A DNA stretch of 64,000 nucleotides from Vitrella brassicaformis CCMP3155 (taxonomy: Eukaryota; Protista; Chromerida). The stretch covers positions 248,001-312,000 of the forward strand of contig CDMY01000477.1 in NCBI GenBank assembly GCA_001179505.1. Direction: 5' to 3'. Below the pieces are notes generated by a model. It saw only the letters and a program-made list of their open reading frames with translations, did no database searches and was not told the DNA's origin. This document shows, piece by piece, positions 1 to 13,000 of the stretch. The position numbers and the translations under genes are program-made. Position 1 is the first letter of the stretch; every line of letters starts with the position of its first letter.

Positions 1-1943
1 TGAAGGCACAGCACATCCACATGTGTGTGAACGTCGGCCCAAATACCGGCCGTCGGTGAGGACTTTGGAGATGACCTCCTTGAGCTTCTGGTGCTGTCTT
101 CTGAACTTGCGCAGGTCCTCGATGCGCTCCTGCAGGGCCGTGTGCTCGCAGTTGAGCTTCGGCGGGGGCCGCTCGGACGTGCCGCGCTTCTTGACTTGCT
201 CACGGACCAAATCCTTGAAGTTGCGCACCTATCACACACACACACACAGAGAGGGAGGGAGGGTGTGTGTGTGTGTGTGGTGAGTGTCTTCTCATTGGGT
301 GACGTACTTCGTCTTCCCAGAGTCTGAAGAGTTCGTTGCATCCCGCCGTGGCGTGGTCGAACTCCTCATACTCGAGCTGCATCAAACGCTGAGACGACAA
401 CACCTACACACACAAACACACACACACACACACATCCATTCACCCCCTCCCCCTCTCTCTGTGTGTGGTGTGTGTTGGTTGCCTTGAGTATCTGTGCGGC
501 GAGGTCTCTGGAGACGGCCTCCACGAGGTTGAATGCCCGCAGCAGGGGGTAGAGCGTGGCGTTTTTGATCTTGCGCATGTGGCTGAAGATGGACCTGATG
601 GAGTAGGTCAGCTGGTCGACGGTCGTCGCCGCCAGGAGGTCGTTGATGGGGAAGTCGCGCATCAGGATGATGATGTTGCTGACCTTCTCCATGGCAGGCT
701 TCAGCCCTGACACATCCCACACACAGATATATGTGTGTGTGCGTGTGTGGGTGTGGGTGTGGGTGTGGGTGTGTGTGCCTGCCTGTGTCGGCTTCGAAGG
801 AGATGGTCGCGAGGAAGCGTTTGGCCTGTTTGAGCAGGTTGAGGGTCAGCTCGATCTCGGGCGTCTGCAGCTGCTGGTGCGCGTGGTTCAACGCCCGCTC
901 CAAACCCAACCAAAAGTTGATCTCCTGCATCGCACTACCTGTCGTCGGATCCCTACACACACACACACGCCATGACAGCCACCCCCTCTCTCTCTCTGTG
1001 TGTGTGGGGGGGGTGCACCTGCTGAGCCGTGTGACCTTCTGAATCTCCTTGATCCATCTGTTGACACCCGACTGTATCTGGTTGAGGAATGAGGGGTCCT
1101 CGAGCCGCTCTGCGAAGTCCTCGACGCGCAGTTTGGTGCCCTTGGACTTGGACCGCGCGGCGGCCTCGCGGATCTCGGGGTCGACCGTCAGGCTGATCTC
1201 GGGAATCTCAACGTTCTGCTGGCACTGCACACACACACCACAAAGAGGGAGAGGGAGAGCGAGAGGGAGAGGGGCATATAGTATGTCTGTGGGCGTGGTC
1301 ATCCTCTCTCTCCCTCTCTCTGTGTGTGTGTGGTTCTTTCTCTGACCTGCATGCAGGACATGGCGAGTTCTGCGATTTTCTTCTGGACGTTGGGTATGCC
1401 GATCTTGGTCTCGTCCTGGCCCTTGCTCTCGTCGTCGCCCCCCTCGCTGCGGTACGTGTTGAACAGAGGCGCGAAGCTGTTCTGCAGGTAGGTATGCACC
1501 AGCTCGAAGGGCGAGCTCTCGTTGTCCATGTAGCCCAGAGTGATCATCTGCAGCTGCCCACCGATGTGCCGCAAAGACGACTGCCGGCCGCCAGTGAGGT
1601 CCTGCTCACCGGCCCTCTCCCCCGCCCCGCCGGTGTCCACCACGTTAAACCCCGGCCGCTTGGCGAAGGCGATGATCGTGGCGCGGGAGCCCTTGAACGA
1701 GACCTCCAGGTCGAGAAAGAGCCGGTGCTGCGGCTCCTCGTCGGCCTTCTCGCTCTCAGTCTGGAGGATCTCCTTGCCGACAACAAGGGTGTGGATCTGC
1801 GCGTCGGCGATGAACTGCTGGATCTTCTCGCCGTCCTTGCGGCCGGTGAGCAGCCGCATGAGCTCCTCTCGGGAGCAGTCGAGGACGGGCGGGCAGACGG
1901 CCAGCAGGAAGTCGATAACCGGGGCCTTATTGATGCCCTCCAT
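1..1943 (-). CDS. DYNC1H1: Cytoplasmic dynein heavy chain, 5' part (N-terminal tail; spliced, continues off the window)
   Basis: Exons give MEGINKAPVIDFLL..., FELVHTYLQNSFAPLFNTY, NQIQSGVNRWIKEIQKVTRL, DPTTGSAMQEINFWLGLERAL, FPINDLLAAT, YPLLRAFNLVEAVSRDL, matching the DHC_N1 region of cytoplasmic dynein 1; GT-AG introns between blocks. Confidence 0.92.
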
Positions 1944-2350
1944 GGTTGTGGCCAGATGTCACAGATCCGACGGACACGAAAGTGCGATGGTCAACGGGCC
2001 GACTACTTCAGCAGCAAGGACGGGGCAAAAAGGGCGTCACAAGGCGTCACAGGGCGACGGTCCCGCAAGGACCGGCAGACAGTCGGTCGGGTGGACTACT
2101 CGAAAACGCACCACACACGTACTGTACGGTACGGTGCGGTAGGAGGGATCTCTCCTCAGCGATAGATGGCGGACAGGTGTCCACAAAAGCGTCAGCTACG
2201 GTGAAATTCCAGATCTGAATCGCGAGCTTGTGGCCCGGATGCGAGCTAAGCTCGTGGGCAAAAGAGGAACCAGAAAACGGCCTTTGTTATGGGCGCATAT
2301 CGGCGCATTTGATGCATGATGGTGGGCAACATATAGATCTGGCACGCGTG

Positions 2351-5147
2351 ATGGCCGCTGACTCAGAACGTGGTGAATGTGGGAGTGCTGAGCCTCGTGT
2401 AATGCCGATGGTGGTGCAGCCTCGCCTGTGGCTGCTGGTGGGATGCGCCCTGCACTACTTCTTCAGGTCCATGAGCCTCGCTGACACACACACGCACAGA
2501 GGCAATCAGCGAAGTACTCACACACAGTCCTGCCTGACTGCTCTGTGTGTGTGATTGCAACAGTACTGGGTGTTATCTGGGGTGGGCGGCAATGATCAAC
2601 ATACTCAAGGTACAACCGCCGTGGCGCACAAGCAAAGCATTTGAATACCCTATGAGTCAGTCGTGCATGTGTGTGTGTGCGCGTGTGTGCGTATGTGTGT
2701 CTGTCATCTATGAGTGTGTGTGTGCAGGGCGAGGCGCTGTATCGTCACCTCTGTGAGCCGTCCCTCTCCCTCGCAAACCCCGAAGAGGCGGCACTGCTGC
2801 TGCGGCACGAGAGCTGCTCCGCCGAGGATGTGCGCCTCAACTTGATGTTTGTCGTCATGAGTGCCCTGGGCATGTGCGCAACGCTGCCCTTGGGCTTCCT
2901 TATTGACAGATTACCAAAGTGGATTGGGAGGGGTGGGGGGGTTGAGGTGCTGGTGTGGATAAGTGTGTTGGTGCGGTGTGGTGGGTTCAGGTGCTTGTGG
3001 GTGTATCAGCTGCTGATTGCGTGTGGTCCTGCGCTGGTGGGGATGGGCACGCTGATGCCCCACGTGCAGCGCCATGTGGACCTCATTTTCATCGGATTCT
3101 GCCTCCTCGTCCTGTGAGCCCATACACGCACACGCACACGCACACGCACAAAGAGAGAGAGAGAGAGAGAACACACACGCACAGAGGGGCAACATGACCT
3201 TCCTCCCCTCTCCCTCTCTCTCTCTCTCTCTGTGCGTGTGTGGGTGTCTGTGTGTGTGTCTGTGTGTGTGTGTGTACCCATCCATTCAGCCCAGGTGGAG
3301 CGGTCTCTTTTGTCCATTTCCACGTGGCCAACCTGTTCATGAACTCATTTGCGATCGTCATGACCATCCTCAGTTCGGCGTACGGCTTCTCGGCCTTCCT
3401 CTTCCCCGTCTTCCACGCCCTGTGGGCCAACACGTCAATGCGGCTGACCCACATCGCCTTCGGATACGCGGCAATATTGTTCGCCTTTGTACCCTTCTGC
3501 CTCGTTCAGGTCAGCCACAGAGAATGGCAGGCAGGTGGTCACATGTCGAACATCCCTCTCTGTGTGTGTGTGGGGTTGTTGCAGCCCGCAGCCCGCAGTG
3601 AGGCAGGAGATCGTGTCGGCTTTGAGTGGCGCAAGGGCGGCTTCTACCTTACCGCAGACACCCCACAGGAGCAGCGCGAGCAGAAGAGCCATGAGGAGCA
3701 GCCACAAACCGATGACCCAAACCAGGTGGGCGACTGTCACGGCCAGCCGTCATCCGACAGGTGTGGCGTCGAGTCGTGCTCGCGGCCGGCGACCATCGCC
3801 ACGAGCACACCCGGCGACTCCTTCCCGTCGCCGCCCTTTACCTCTCGTCACTTGTCTGACTCCGCCCCTGACTCCGCCCCAGTCTCCCCCCTGCCCCCCA
3901 TGGCTGATGTGAGGAACCGGCGGGTCATCCGGCAGATGTTTGACCCGGGGAACCTCATCATGCTCGCACATCTCACCTACTGGTGCGCAGAGGATGGGTG
4001 GGGTGGGTGGATGGGAGGGAGGCACTGAGTGAATGCCATGTGTGTGTGTGTGTATCGTGTGCACAGGATGTTTGTGCTGCAGTTTTATTTGAGCACTGCC
4101 AACATCCAGCTGGGCGTCATGACGGGCGCCAACGAGCTGGAGACCGTCGCGCAAGAGAGGAGGGCGGCGGGGGATGCGGCAGACGACGACACGGACTTTG
4201 CGGCCAAACTGGAGGCAGCTGAGTCGTCGAGGGCGTTATGGACCTCTGTGCTGGGCTGGATCATACCATGGTGAGTGGTGAGGAGGGGGAAAGAAGGCAG
4301 GCAATGTGTGTGTGTGTGTTCGTGTGTGTGGTTTGTGCAGGGCGTGGCTGGTGACTTTGTGTGTGGCGTCTCTGATGAACCGCAAGGGCGTCGTTGCGGG
4401 CTACTGTGTGCAACACACGGTAGGGTAGGCACACACATGTGACAAACCAAACGTGCCCCCCCGACACTCATCATCGACTGTCTCTCTCTGTGCCAGTTTG
4501 GTCTCCTTCACTGTGCCTTGGCGGCGACGATGGTGCTGGCCGTTCAGCCGCTGACCTTTGTCCTTTACGCGACCGCACTCGACGCCCTATATGCCGTCTA
4601 TATCACGTTCATAGGTACCCACCCACCCAGCCACCCACTCCACCGCACGCACATTTCGACTGTATGTGTGCAGGTCTTGAGTATGGCTTTGAGCACTCAT
4701 CGACGCTTGGAGGCTGGCTCTTTCTGGTGCGGTCAAGACAGAAATGACAGACACATCGATCCCTGTGTCATCTGTCGATCGGTCCTCAGGTGTCCGGTGC
4801 CCCTCTGCTGCTCATCAACCCTCTGCTAGAAGCCATCGTACGCCAACACACACACACACACACACACAGACCACCACCAGGGAGAAATGTGCGTACGATC
4901 TTATCTCCTCCCTTTGTGTTTGGTATGTGCGATGCAGCTGGAGTGGGGTGCCCCTTTCCAGGCGCTCAACCTGGTGTTTCTGGGTGGCGGTTGTGTCGCG
5001 TCGCTGTCGGTCCTGTGGCTGCAGAGGTACGAGGCCAGCAAGAGGGGCGGCGGCGGCGGCGGCGAGAGGGGGGTCGGTGCGCCACCCGCCATGATACGCA
5101 GGGGCATCTCGATGCTCTTTAGGGGCAAGAAGAGGGGCTGTAGATAG
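2351..5147 (+). CDS. MFS transporter, SLC43/LAT3-like (multi-exon)
   Basis: Hydrophobic exons: GCYLGWAAMINILK, EDVRLNLMFVVMSALGMCATLPLGFLIDR, FHVANLFMNSFAIVMTILSSAYGFS, LQFYLSTANIQL, LWTSVLGWIIPW, VQPLTFVLY; start codon uncertain (2312 or 2351). Confidence 0.72.
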
Positions 5148-5569
5148 ACGGACTGCTGGATGGATGGATGGACAGACGGGAGCACTGCCTGCATGCCCAG
5201 CCTGACTCAATCAGCCTGTTTTAGTGAGGCATGCGGTCCGGTCGGATGGATTTAATTCTCAATGATGCTTGGCTTGGAGCTGTAGATAGACTGTCCAAAC
5301 CATTATTGAGAGTGTCAGCCGCAACCTTTTTCGCTGAGACTGGATGACATTTCGTGAGACCTGAGGCGGACGGACATGAGATGTACTTGAGGTCACGAAA
5401 CAAGTGAGACGGGTGACAAGTGTCTTCCCGTGTGTGTGTGCGCATGTGGGGCACATACATCAAGTAAATAAATGCCACATCAGCGTTCCACAAAGGGACG
5501 GCAGGCACAAACACACGACACGTCATTCATCCGACAAAAACTCATCATCCCCTCCCCCAACGGTGCTAG

Positions 5570-7647
5570 CTAAATGAGTCCCTGTGTCTTGAGCATCACT
5601 TCCAGCTCCGACACTCTCGTGCCGTCAGCCAACGTCACCAGGCGGCCGTCACACGGGGCGTGGTACTCGGGCGTCGGTTGGGACAGCAGCTGATGGAAGG
5701 CCTAAACAATACACCACACAACGACAGTCTGTGCGGGCATGCCCCGCAGTCGGATGTGTGTGTGCGAGTGTTCACCTTCTGACATGGCCAGTACTGGAGA
5801 TTGAGTGCCTGCAGCTCATCTCTGACAATCTGGACCCTCTCCTCGGTCACAAAGAGAGCTTTTGTGAGGGTCCAGTCGCCCAGCGTGTTGGCGGCCATGT
5901 CGGCGGTGTAGTCAAGCAGGGGCTTCCTGAAGATGTCTGTGTACTCGAGGGCCGTCTTGAGCAGCGCATCCTTGACAATCTCAAACGACACGCCACGCTA
6001 CACACACACAGCAGGACAGCCACAAGAAGATACACAGATGCGGGCGATCCACTTCCTTGAGCGGCTTGCCGCTGGCATAGTTGGTCGACGTGGGCGGTCA
6101 ACTGGAGCTGGTCCATGTAGTGCACAATGTTGTTCTTCCTGTAAGGGAACGGAACAAGTGACACACACACACATACACACACACACACTCTCGTGTACGC
6201 ACACAACAGGTGCACGCGCAGCCTTCGGTTGACGTGTGTGCGTCACCATGCATTGCGGCTCAAGAACTCGTATGGCTTGCTGGTATGCACTTGCTCAGAC
6301 GGCTTCACTCGGCCGATGATGCTCTCACCGAAGAGCCGCCCGCCCGCACGGATGACGGCCTGAGTGCAGGTCGGCAGAATGCGGGGCTGGAAGTAGAAGA
6401 ACCACGGATCGTGATGGACGCAGCCTTGTTTGCCCAGAACAGCGGCTCCAGAAAGGAATCGGTCTTGATAAACGGAAGAATGGGGGGAGGAACCCGCCCG
6501 TTCGTCTTGGCAACGATCTTGTAGATGACGTCTTCAATCGCCTTGGACACCACACTGACGACGGAGGCGTAGAGTGAGCGGGCGGACTCAGTCGAAAGGC
6601 CACTCAGGTCCTTGAAACGGGTGGTATCCTCCATCGACAGGCGGGCCAAGCGGAACGACGGGCAGATGATGAGAGCAGGACGGCCTTGTCTGCTTGGATA
6701 TGCCATCGCGCCCTCAACAGCAGTCGACGGGTGGCACTCTTCGTCATCAACAGACCAGACCAGTACGATATCAAGATAAGTGCCGTTCAACAGGTCCACT
6801 TTGAAGGCCAGCAGCACCTTCTCGACGGGATGGCTGGCCACCTCGCTGATGATTTGGTCCTCTCGGCGCCGCTGCAGCTCGTAGAACTCATCATCGTCCA
6901 TCATGCCGCCGATGTACTTGATGCGAGTCACGTGTGCGCGCCGATAGGGCGGCAGGCCAGCCGTCGCCTGGCAGACCTTCTTGTGCTTGGCGCGCCAGTG
7001 CTGAATCTGGCATTCCTTCCCACAGTAGCTGATGAGATGGCATCCATTGCAGTCGGAGAGTGACAGCACGGCAGGGGGCGACTTGCCGCACATGCCGCAG
7101 CGCTTCGGTGATGGATAGGCAGCCGAGGCATTGAGGTGGTGGACCTTGTAGCCAGGCATCTCTGACACACACAGAAACAGGGAGAGCCAGTGCGGTTGTG
7201 CATTGCCTGGTTGTGCATTGCCTCTCTGGCCATTCCCGGCACCCACCGTCATAGTTGAAGGGCATCGTGTCGCCGTCAGTCGCCCCAGCCACGCGAGGAC
7301 TGGCAGCACTCGAGCTGGCGGCTGTCGAGCCGGGCTGATTGGCCTCCTTCTGCTGGCTCAGGGGAACCTTGTGGCCAGGCATCTCTGATGACACACACCA
7401 AGGACACAAGCAATGTCTGTTCTTCAGCTCCTTTACGGCCTCGGCTGCGTTTCCGCCCACCAGCAGAGGTGAAGGGCACGTCAGATGATGCAGTCACTTC
7501 TGGCTGTTGCTGCTGCTGCTTCTTCTGCTTGTCCACGGCCATCGCGGCCATCGCTCTGCTGACACCAGCTGTCGGTCCTTCATCGTCAGATGAGTCGCTC
7601 AGGTCCAGGTTGTCCCAGCGGCTGTAGTCGATTGGCTTCCCAGACAT
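5570..7647 (-). pseudogene. Cdc37-N-motif + MYND zinc-finger protein, copy 1 (frameshift near 6402-6406)
   Basis: MSGKPIDYSRWDNLDLSDSSDDE start; CGMC..CNGC..YCGKECQIQHWRAKHKKVC MYND finger; homologous to 14476-16368 throughout; 7-nt deletion relative to copy 2 gives a premature stop at 6305. Confidence 0.7.
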
Positions 7648-8135
7648 CGTCTGTCAGACCTCTCTGTTTCGCAGATGTGAGGATTCAGCACCTTGCCCCA
7701 CTCACAGATCACACCTCTTTCTCTTCGTTGGGCTCCTCTTTCTTCTTCCCCTTCTCCAACCTGCGAGCTTGGCCCTGAAACCTGGCACTGGCCAGGAAAC
7801 GCTGGTTTTTCTTTGGGTCGTTTCCACTTGTGTGTGCACCGTCTAATGTCCTTCATACCTGCGCTTGCAATCGTATTGCAAGTGACCAGAGTCGGCGCAA
7901 AGTCGCTTAAAAGTCAATCGACGAATCATGGTCCATCCATCCACACCTCCTATGTCCGACCGACAAAGCCAAGGCCTTTCCTCTCATACGCATCAATCAA
8001 CACTTACCAGCCAGGCAGCCAGCTTCACACACAAACCTGCCACAAATGGGTGATGCACTACGCACCATTCGCCCGCCTCTCCTCGGCTGCTCGCTCTATG
8101 TACACGTCTGTTTGTCTGTCTGTCTGTCTGTCGGT

Positions 8136-10012
8136 CTATCTATCGTCGGCCTCGCTGCACATCATGGCCGAGCCGCCCGTTGTCTGTCGGTATCTGTGGA
8201 AGTATGAGTGGATGGCGCACCCCACAGAGAGGTACACGATGGCGTAGATGACGGCGGCGTTGGAGAAGCCCACGGACTGCACCAGGAAGCCGCCCACGAA
8301 CGCCCCAATCGCCGCACCCAAAGATATCGACGCGTTCTCGTACATCGATGCAGTGTTGCTCACCTGCACACACACAGACACAGACACATACACATACAGC
8401 CGGGCAGAAGTGAGAGAGACATTGCACAGTCACACGGTACCCACATACACACACGAACACCCGCTTCCTTGCCTGCATTTTGTCTAGGTGTGTCTTGGTG
8501 CGGAGGGCCTTGATGAGGATGGGCAGGCCCGGCACGATGCAGAGGGCCAGGCCGGCCCCCAGGCACACGAGGCTGCTGAGGAGGGACACCCAGACGCCCC
8601 GCAGGTAGACGTTGACCCGCTTGATCCAGCTCGTGAACCCCAGGGCGTATGTGAGCTTGTCCAGGGCGCCCATGAGGAGCGACCAGGGACCGACCAGCAG
8701 GAAGGCCGCGAACAGCACAAAAAGCGCCGTGAGCAGGCAGGGCCACTCGTAGCCGCGGTCTGCATGGCTGCCCACCAGCAGAGAGGACAGCATCACACTC
8801 GTCAGCAGCACGGCGAACACCTGAATGCACACACATGTATCCATGGAGGGAGGAATGGAGGCACACACAACGCACACACACACACACACATGAGGGAATG
8901 TGTGTTGTGTGCTGCGGTGTGGCTGTGCTGTCTCGTGTTCCGCTGACCATGCCGACTTCTACGGATTTCTGCAGGCCTAGCATCGTAGTGATGTGTTCGG
9001 CCAGTAGGGGCTGCACGAAGCCAAGGGCCGAGCCAGCCATGAGCAGCGCCATCAGCACATACGGCACATCCGACACCACAAATCGACTGCTATCGTACTC
9101 GGAATACGCGTGGGGCAGAAAGGGCGACAGTTGCAGGGAGCCGCTCTCCTGTGCGCCGAGGAGGGCGTCAGCCTCCGAGCTCGTGTCGTCGTGATCTTCC
9201 TGCTCGTGGCTGCTGGGGGTCGTCGCCATCATGCTGCTATGATCTATCTCGCGCACACTGAATGGACGCTGCACACGGCGGGCGGCCAGCGGCGAGCCGA
9301 ACACCCAGTTCATGAGCACCAGGTCGGCGAATATGAACGCCCCGGCGACCGTATAGGGCAGGTACATGCCGCCGATGTCGTACAGGCCGCCGCCCACCAC
9401 CACGCCGAAGATGCCGCCTCCCAGGTATGACAGCAGCCGGATGCCGCTGGTGCGGTTCTCGTAGCCGGGCACACGCTCGAAGATGACGGCGAATGAGAGG
9501 ACCATGTTGATCCCCGCACAGAGCGACATGACGGTGCCGAAGAGAAATAGCAGAAACAGCACCTCGAGGGGGCGGGCCGTGGCGAGAGAGCCGCTCCAGC
9601 CGACGCACACTGTGGTTATCGAGTAGACGAGTGTTGCGATGTAGAGCACCATCAGGCGGCCGTGTTTGCTGGCGAGGGAGGGGGCGCTGATGGAGCCGAT
9701 GAATTGGCAGCAGGTGAAGGAGCTGAACAGCACTCCCGTCACCCAGGTGGGGAAGCCGAGGGCGCTCCGGAGGTGCTCGGGGACGAATGCTGAGGGCATC
9801 TCGAACATCCACCCATTCATGGCCACGTTGAGCGCAAACTGGACCAGGTAGCAGGCGAGCACCGACAGTCGACGCCCAGTAGGGGCACGAATGGGAAGGA
9901 GCTGCACCTGAGGGATGCCGTCATCCGCATGATCTTTGCCTTTGCCGTCCTCCTCCGAGGGAGAATGTGAGCCATCGCTAGCGAGGGTCGTGTGGGAGGA
10001 GGATCTCGCCAT
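8136..10012 (-). CDS. MFS transporter (SLC18B1/DHA1-like)
   Basis: Long first exon MARSSS...LACYLVQFALNVAMNG...GVLFSSFTCCQFIGSISAPSLASKHGR...GGIFGVVVGGGLYDIGGMYLPY; later exons ALGFVQPLLAEHI and SLGAAIGAFVGGFLVQSVGF. Confidence 0.85.
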
Positions 10013-10084
10013 TATCGTGCCAAAAAAAAGACCTCTCTCTCGTGATTTCCAATGCGCATGTAAACACTCACGCCCCAGGCCCTG

Positions 10085-13000
10085 ATGCGTCTGCTGCCTT
10101 TTCTCCTTCTTCTGAGCCAATGGGACGGCAGACTGTTTCGGTGGATGCCCAAGAGGAGGGCATCTGCACTGCAGATCCAGCCATCCCACATTCACCTCTC
10201 ATCCATGGAGTTCTTCTCGGTGAGGATCCGTTGGCCGGTGATGAGAACGACAGCACGGACTTCGTGAGTCGTGGCTGCTTCCGCGTCACGAATGTCCAAG
10301 ACAAGAATGAGAACAAAAACCCGGACAAACTGGCACCGGATGACTGCTTCAACTACTGCCTTGTAAGCAGAAGAAGCCCATCCACGAGGGACACACATGC
10401 CTGCTGTCATCAAATGCAATTTTTTGCCACGCAGAGAGACTCTCAGGCAAAGTACTTCGGTGTGTCTGATGGCGGCCGATGCTGGTGCGGCACGATGTAC
10501 GAGAGCGAGGAGAGGGATGATGTTGACTGCGGCGCGCTCTGCAAGATTGACATTGAGACCGGGGCAAGCGAGCCGCGAATGAGGTGTGGCGGCGACAAAG
10601 GGCTGACAAACGTCTATGTGATGGTCAACTGCAGTAAGGAAGTGATACACACGATCGATCACAGAGAACGCGATGAGCTCTCCCTGTATCATTGCTCAGA
10701 CGCAACGGACGATGAGCCAGTCCCAAAGCCGCCAACAGGTAAGGATGACAAGAGTCCCTCTGCATCCGTCTTGCGCTTTCCATCTGTGCGGCTCTTTCAG
10801 TATATCGCCGTTATCCTGAGACATTTTGCGGCAATGCCACAGACAACGAGGCGCATGTCGGCAGTGCAGATAAGACCTGGATGGAGGGAACCATCGCACA
10901 GTGCAAGGATGCATGCGCATCCACGGCTGAGTGTGGCGGCTTCAGATACATCCAGGTGAGACAACGGCATCGTCTGTGCCGGATACGCACTACGCCTTTT
11001 GCGTCAGGCCGGCGCGTCAAGCAGCGGTGGACCTGGCGTGGAGGGTGCGGGGGGATGTTACTTCTTATTCGGCCCCCAGATGGGAGGCCCGTGGACGAAA
11101 GATGCCGACGCCATGTGCTTCACAAAGGCCGACGATGGGCTTGTGGCTCAGTGGGAATTCTCGCCAGCAGCAGGGCTGAACGATCCCACAGTCGTCGACG
11201 ATTTGGTGAGAGGAGGGGCGCGTAGAGAAAGTGCTGTCTGGTCTCACATTCATATTGTGTGTGGTCAGCTGACCACGACTGGCAAATATCCCGCCAAGCT
11301 GCATGGACAGGCAAGACTCCAAGCCGATCGTCTGTCCATCGATTTGAACGGTCATCCGCTCACACAGATGACCAGAGCGACAATGCACATCTGCGTCTCC
11401 CTTGCTCTTTTCGCGGTGCAGGTGCCGCCGACTGGGTCAGCATCCCAATGAGCAGCCTTCTTGAGAGCGATCTGTGGAAGCTTTCACCTGAGGGCTTCTC
11501 AATCGAGCTATGGCTCCAGCTGAGTGAGTCAGAGACGGCAGCTGTCCTGTTGGACTTCGGCGCATTGGCAAATGCGGGCCGTCTGACGGTCATCTGCGCG
11601 ACCGAAAATGGCACACTCAGGTCAGTTGGATGGATGTCGTCGTTGATACTATGATTGTGGCTTTGTGTTGTTTGCAGGGTGTCTTATCGCGGTGAGAGCA
11701 CTGGCTACGCATACAAGAGTGTCGACGTGGCTGCCCCAGGGGCAAATCGGCTTGTCCAGCTGGTCTTGACAGGCAACCATTCTACCCTGAGCGTATACTA
11801 CGATGGTTAGTAGGTCGAAAGACTTGCGGGTACATAGGTTGCATTTTTTGGTTGATGTCTCAGGCGATCTGAATGCAAGTGCTGGCATTGGTGTTCAGCT
11901 GCGTGAGTTACTCAGCCCAAAGTCGATGTTTGTTGTGGGCAAATCCATGGACGAGAGCGACGGCGCTCATTTGTTCAAGGGGCAGCTTGCGGTGTTTGGT
12001 GTGTACAACCGGCCGTTGGAGGATTATGAGGTCGGCATGAAGTTCAGAGACGGCTACGACAGATTGATCAACGCACCAGCCGTAATAGGCGATACACGCA
12101 GACACGCGCACATTCACTATCGAACATCAGTATGTGTCATGACGTGTGTGTGTCTCTCTCAGTTCCAAGCAAAGCCAGCCGGTCCCCCCGATGGCTATGA
12201 AAGAATTACAATAGAAACCGGGCGGGTCACCTTCGACCATGAATGGATGAATGTACCCCTGATGACCAAATTCGAAGAGCCAGTAAGGCCAAACGCACAA
12301 ACACAAGAGCCGTAGCCAGCGACAAGAGGCATGCTGGGCTGCTTTCATCAGGTCGTGATTGTCGGCCCCGCGTCATTCAATGGGAAGCACGAAGGAGTGA
12401 TCGAGCTCAACCATGTCAAAGGCACGCCGAGACGTGAGAAGAAAGACAGACGCAACCACACATAAACGCTGTTATGTATCCTTTTGGCTTACAGCTCCAC
12501 CCATGTCTCTGGCGGGCTATAATCCAGGCTGCAACGAATCGTCAGCTTACAGCGAGCCAGCTTGTATCAGTGCCGCACACCTCTACTGTCTTGACCACCA
12601 CAACGTACAAGGCGCAGCTCTTCAGAAGATGCTGCCGCTCAAGCCGCACCCCGTCATCCAAATCGCGTGCTTCCAGCCCTCAAAGTACATCAACGTCGCT
12701 CTGTCGGAGCTTATCCAAGGCTGCCAGTCCATGAGGCACATCATGACATTCAAGTGTCGCGAGGCAATCGCTGCCAAGGTGGACTGCCCGCACTTTGTCC
12801 TGCAGGGCCCAGATGAAGAAGGGGACAGAGACGTGGGTGTGGCGTGTTTTGAAGCGAAAAACAAGGGAACCATCGCCGCAAAGCGGGTGAAGCGTGCATG
12901 GGGCAAGCAAAGGTGTACCTCTATTACGGATGCTGGGCTGAGGAAACCTGGCTGCGTCAAGAAGGTGTGGCGCCGATGCTTCAAACACAAGAGACGGTCT

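Noticed and set aside
1326-2165. Long antisense ORFs over coding exons (also 47791-48387, 41833-42273)
   Set aside because: Shadow ORFs expected in GC-rich codon-biased exons
5255-5312. Weak foldback ctcaatgatg...cattattgag, and short stems near 27230, 50667 and 60517
   Set aside because: Stems are short or interrupted and plausible by chance
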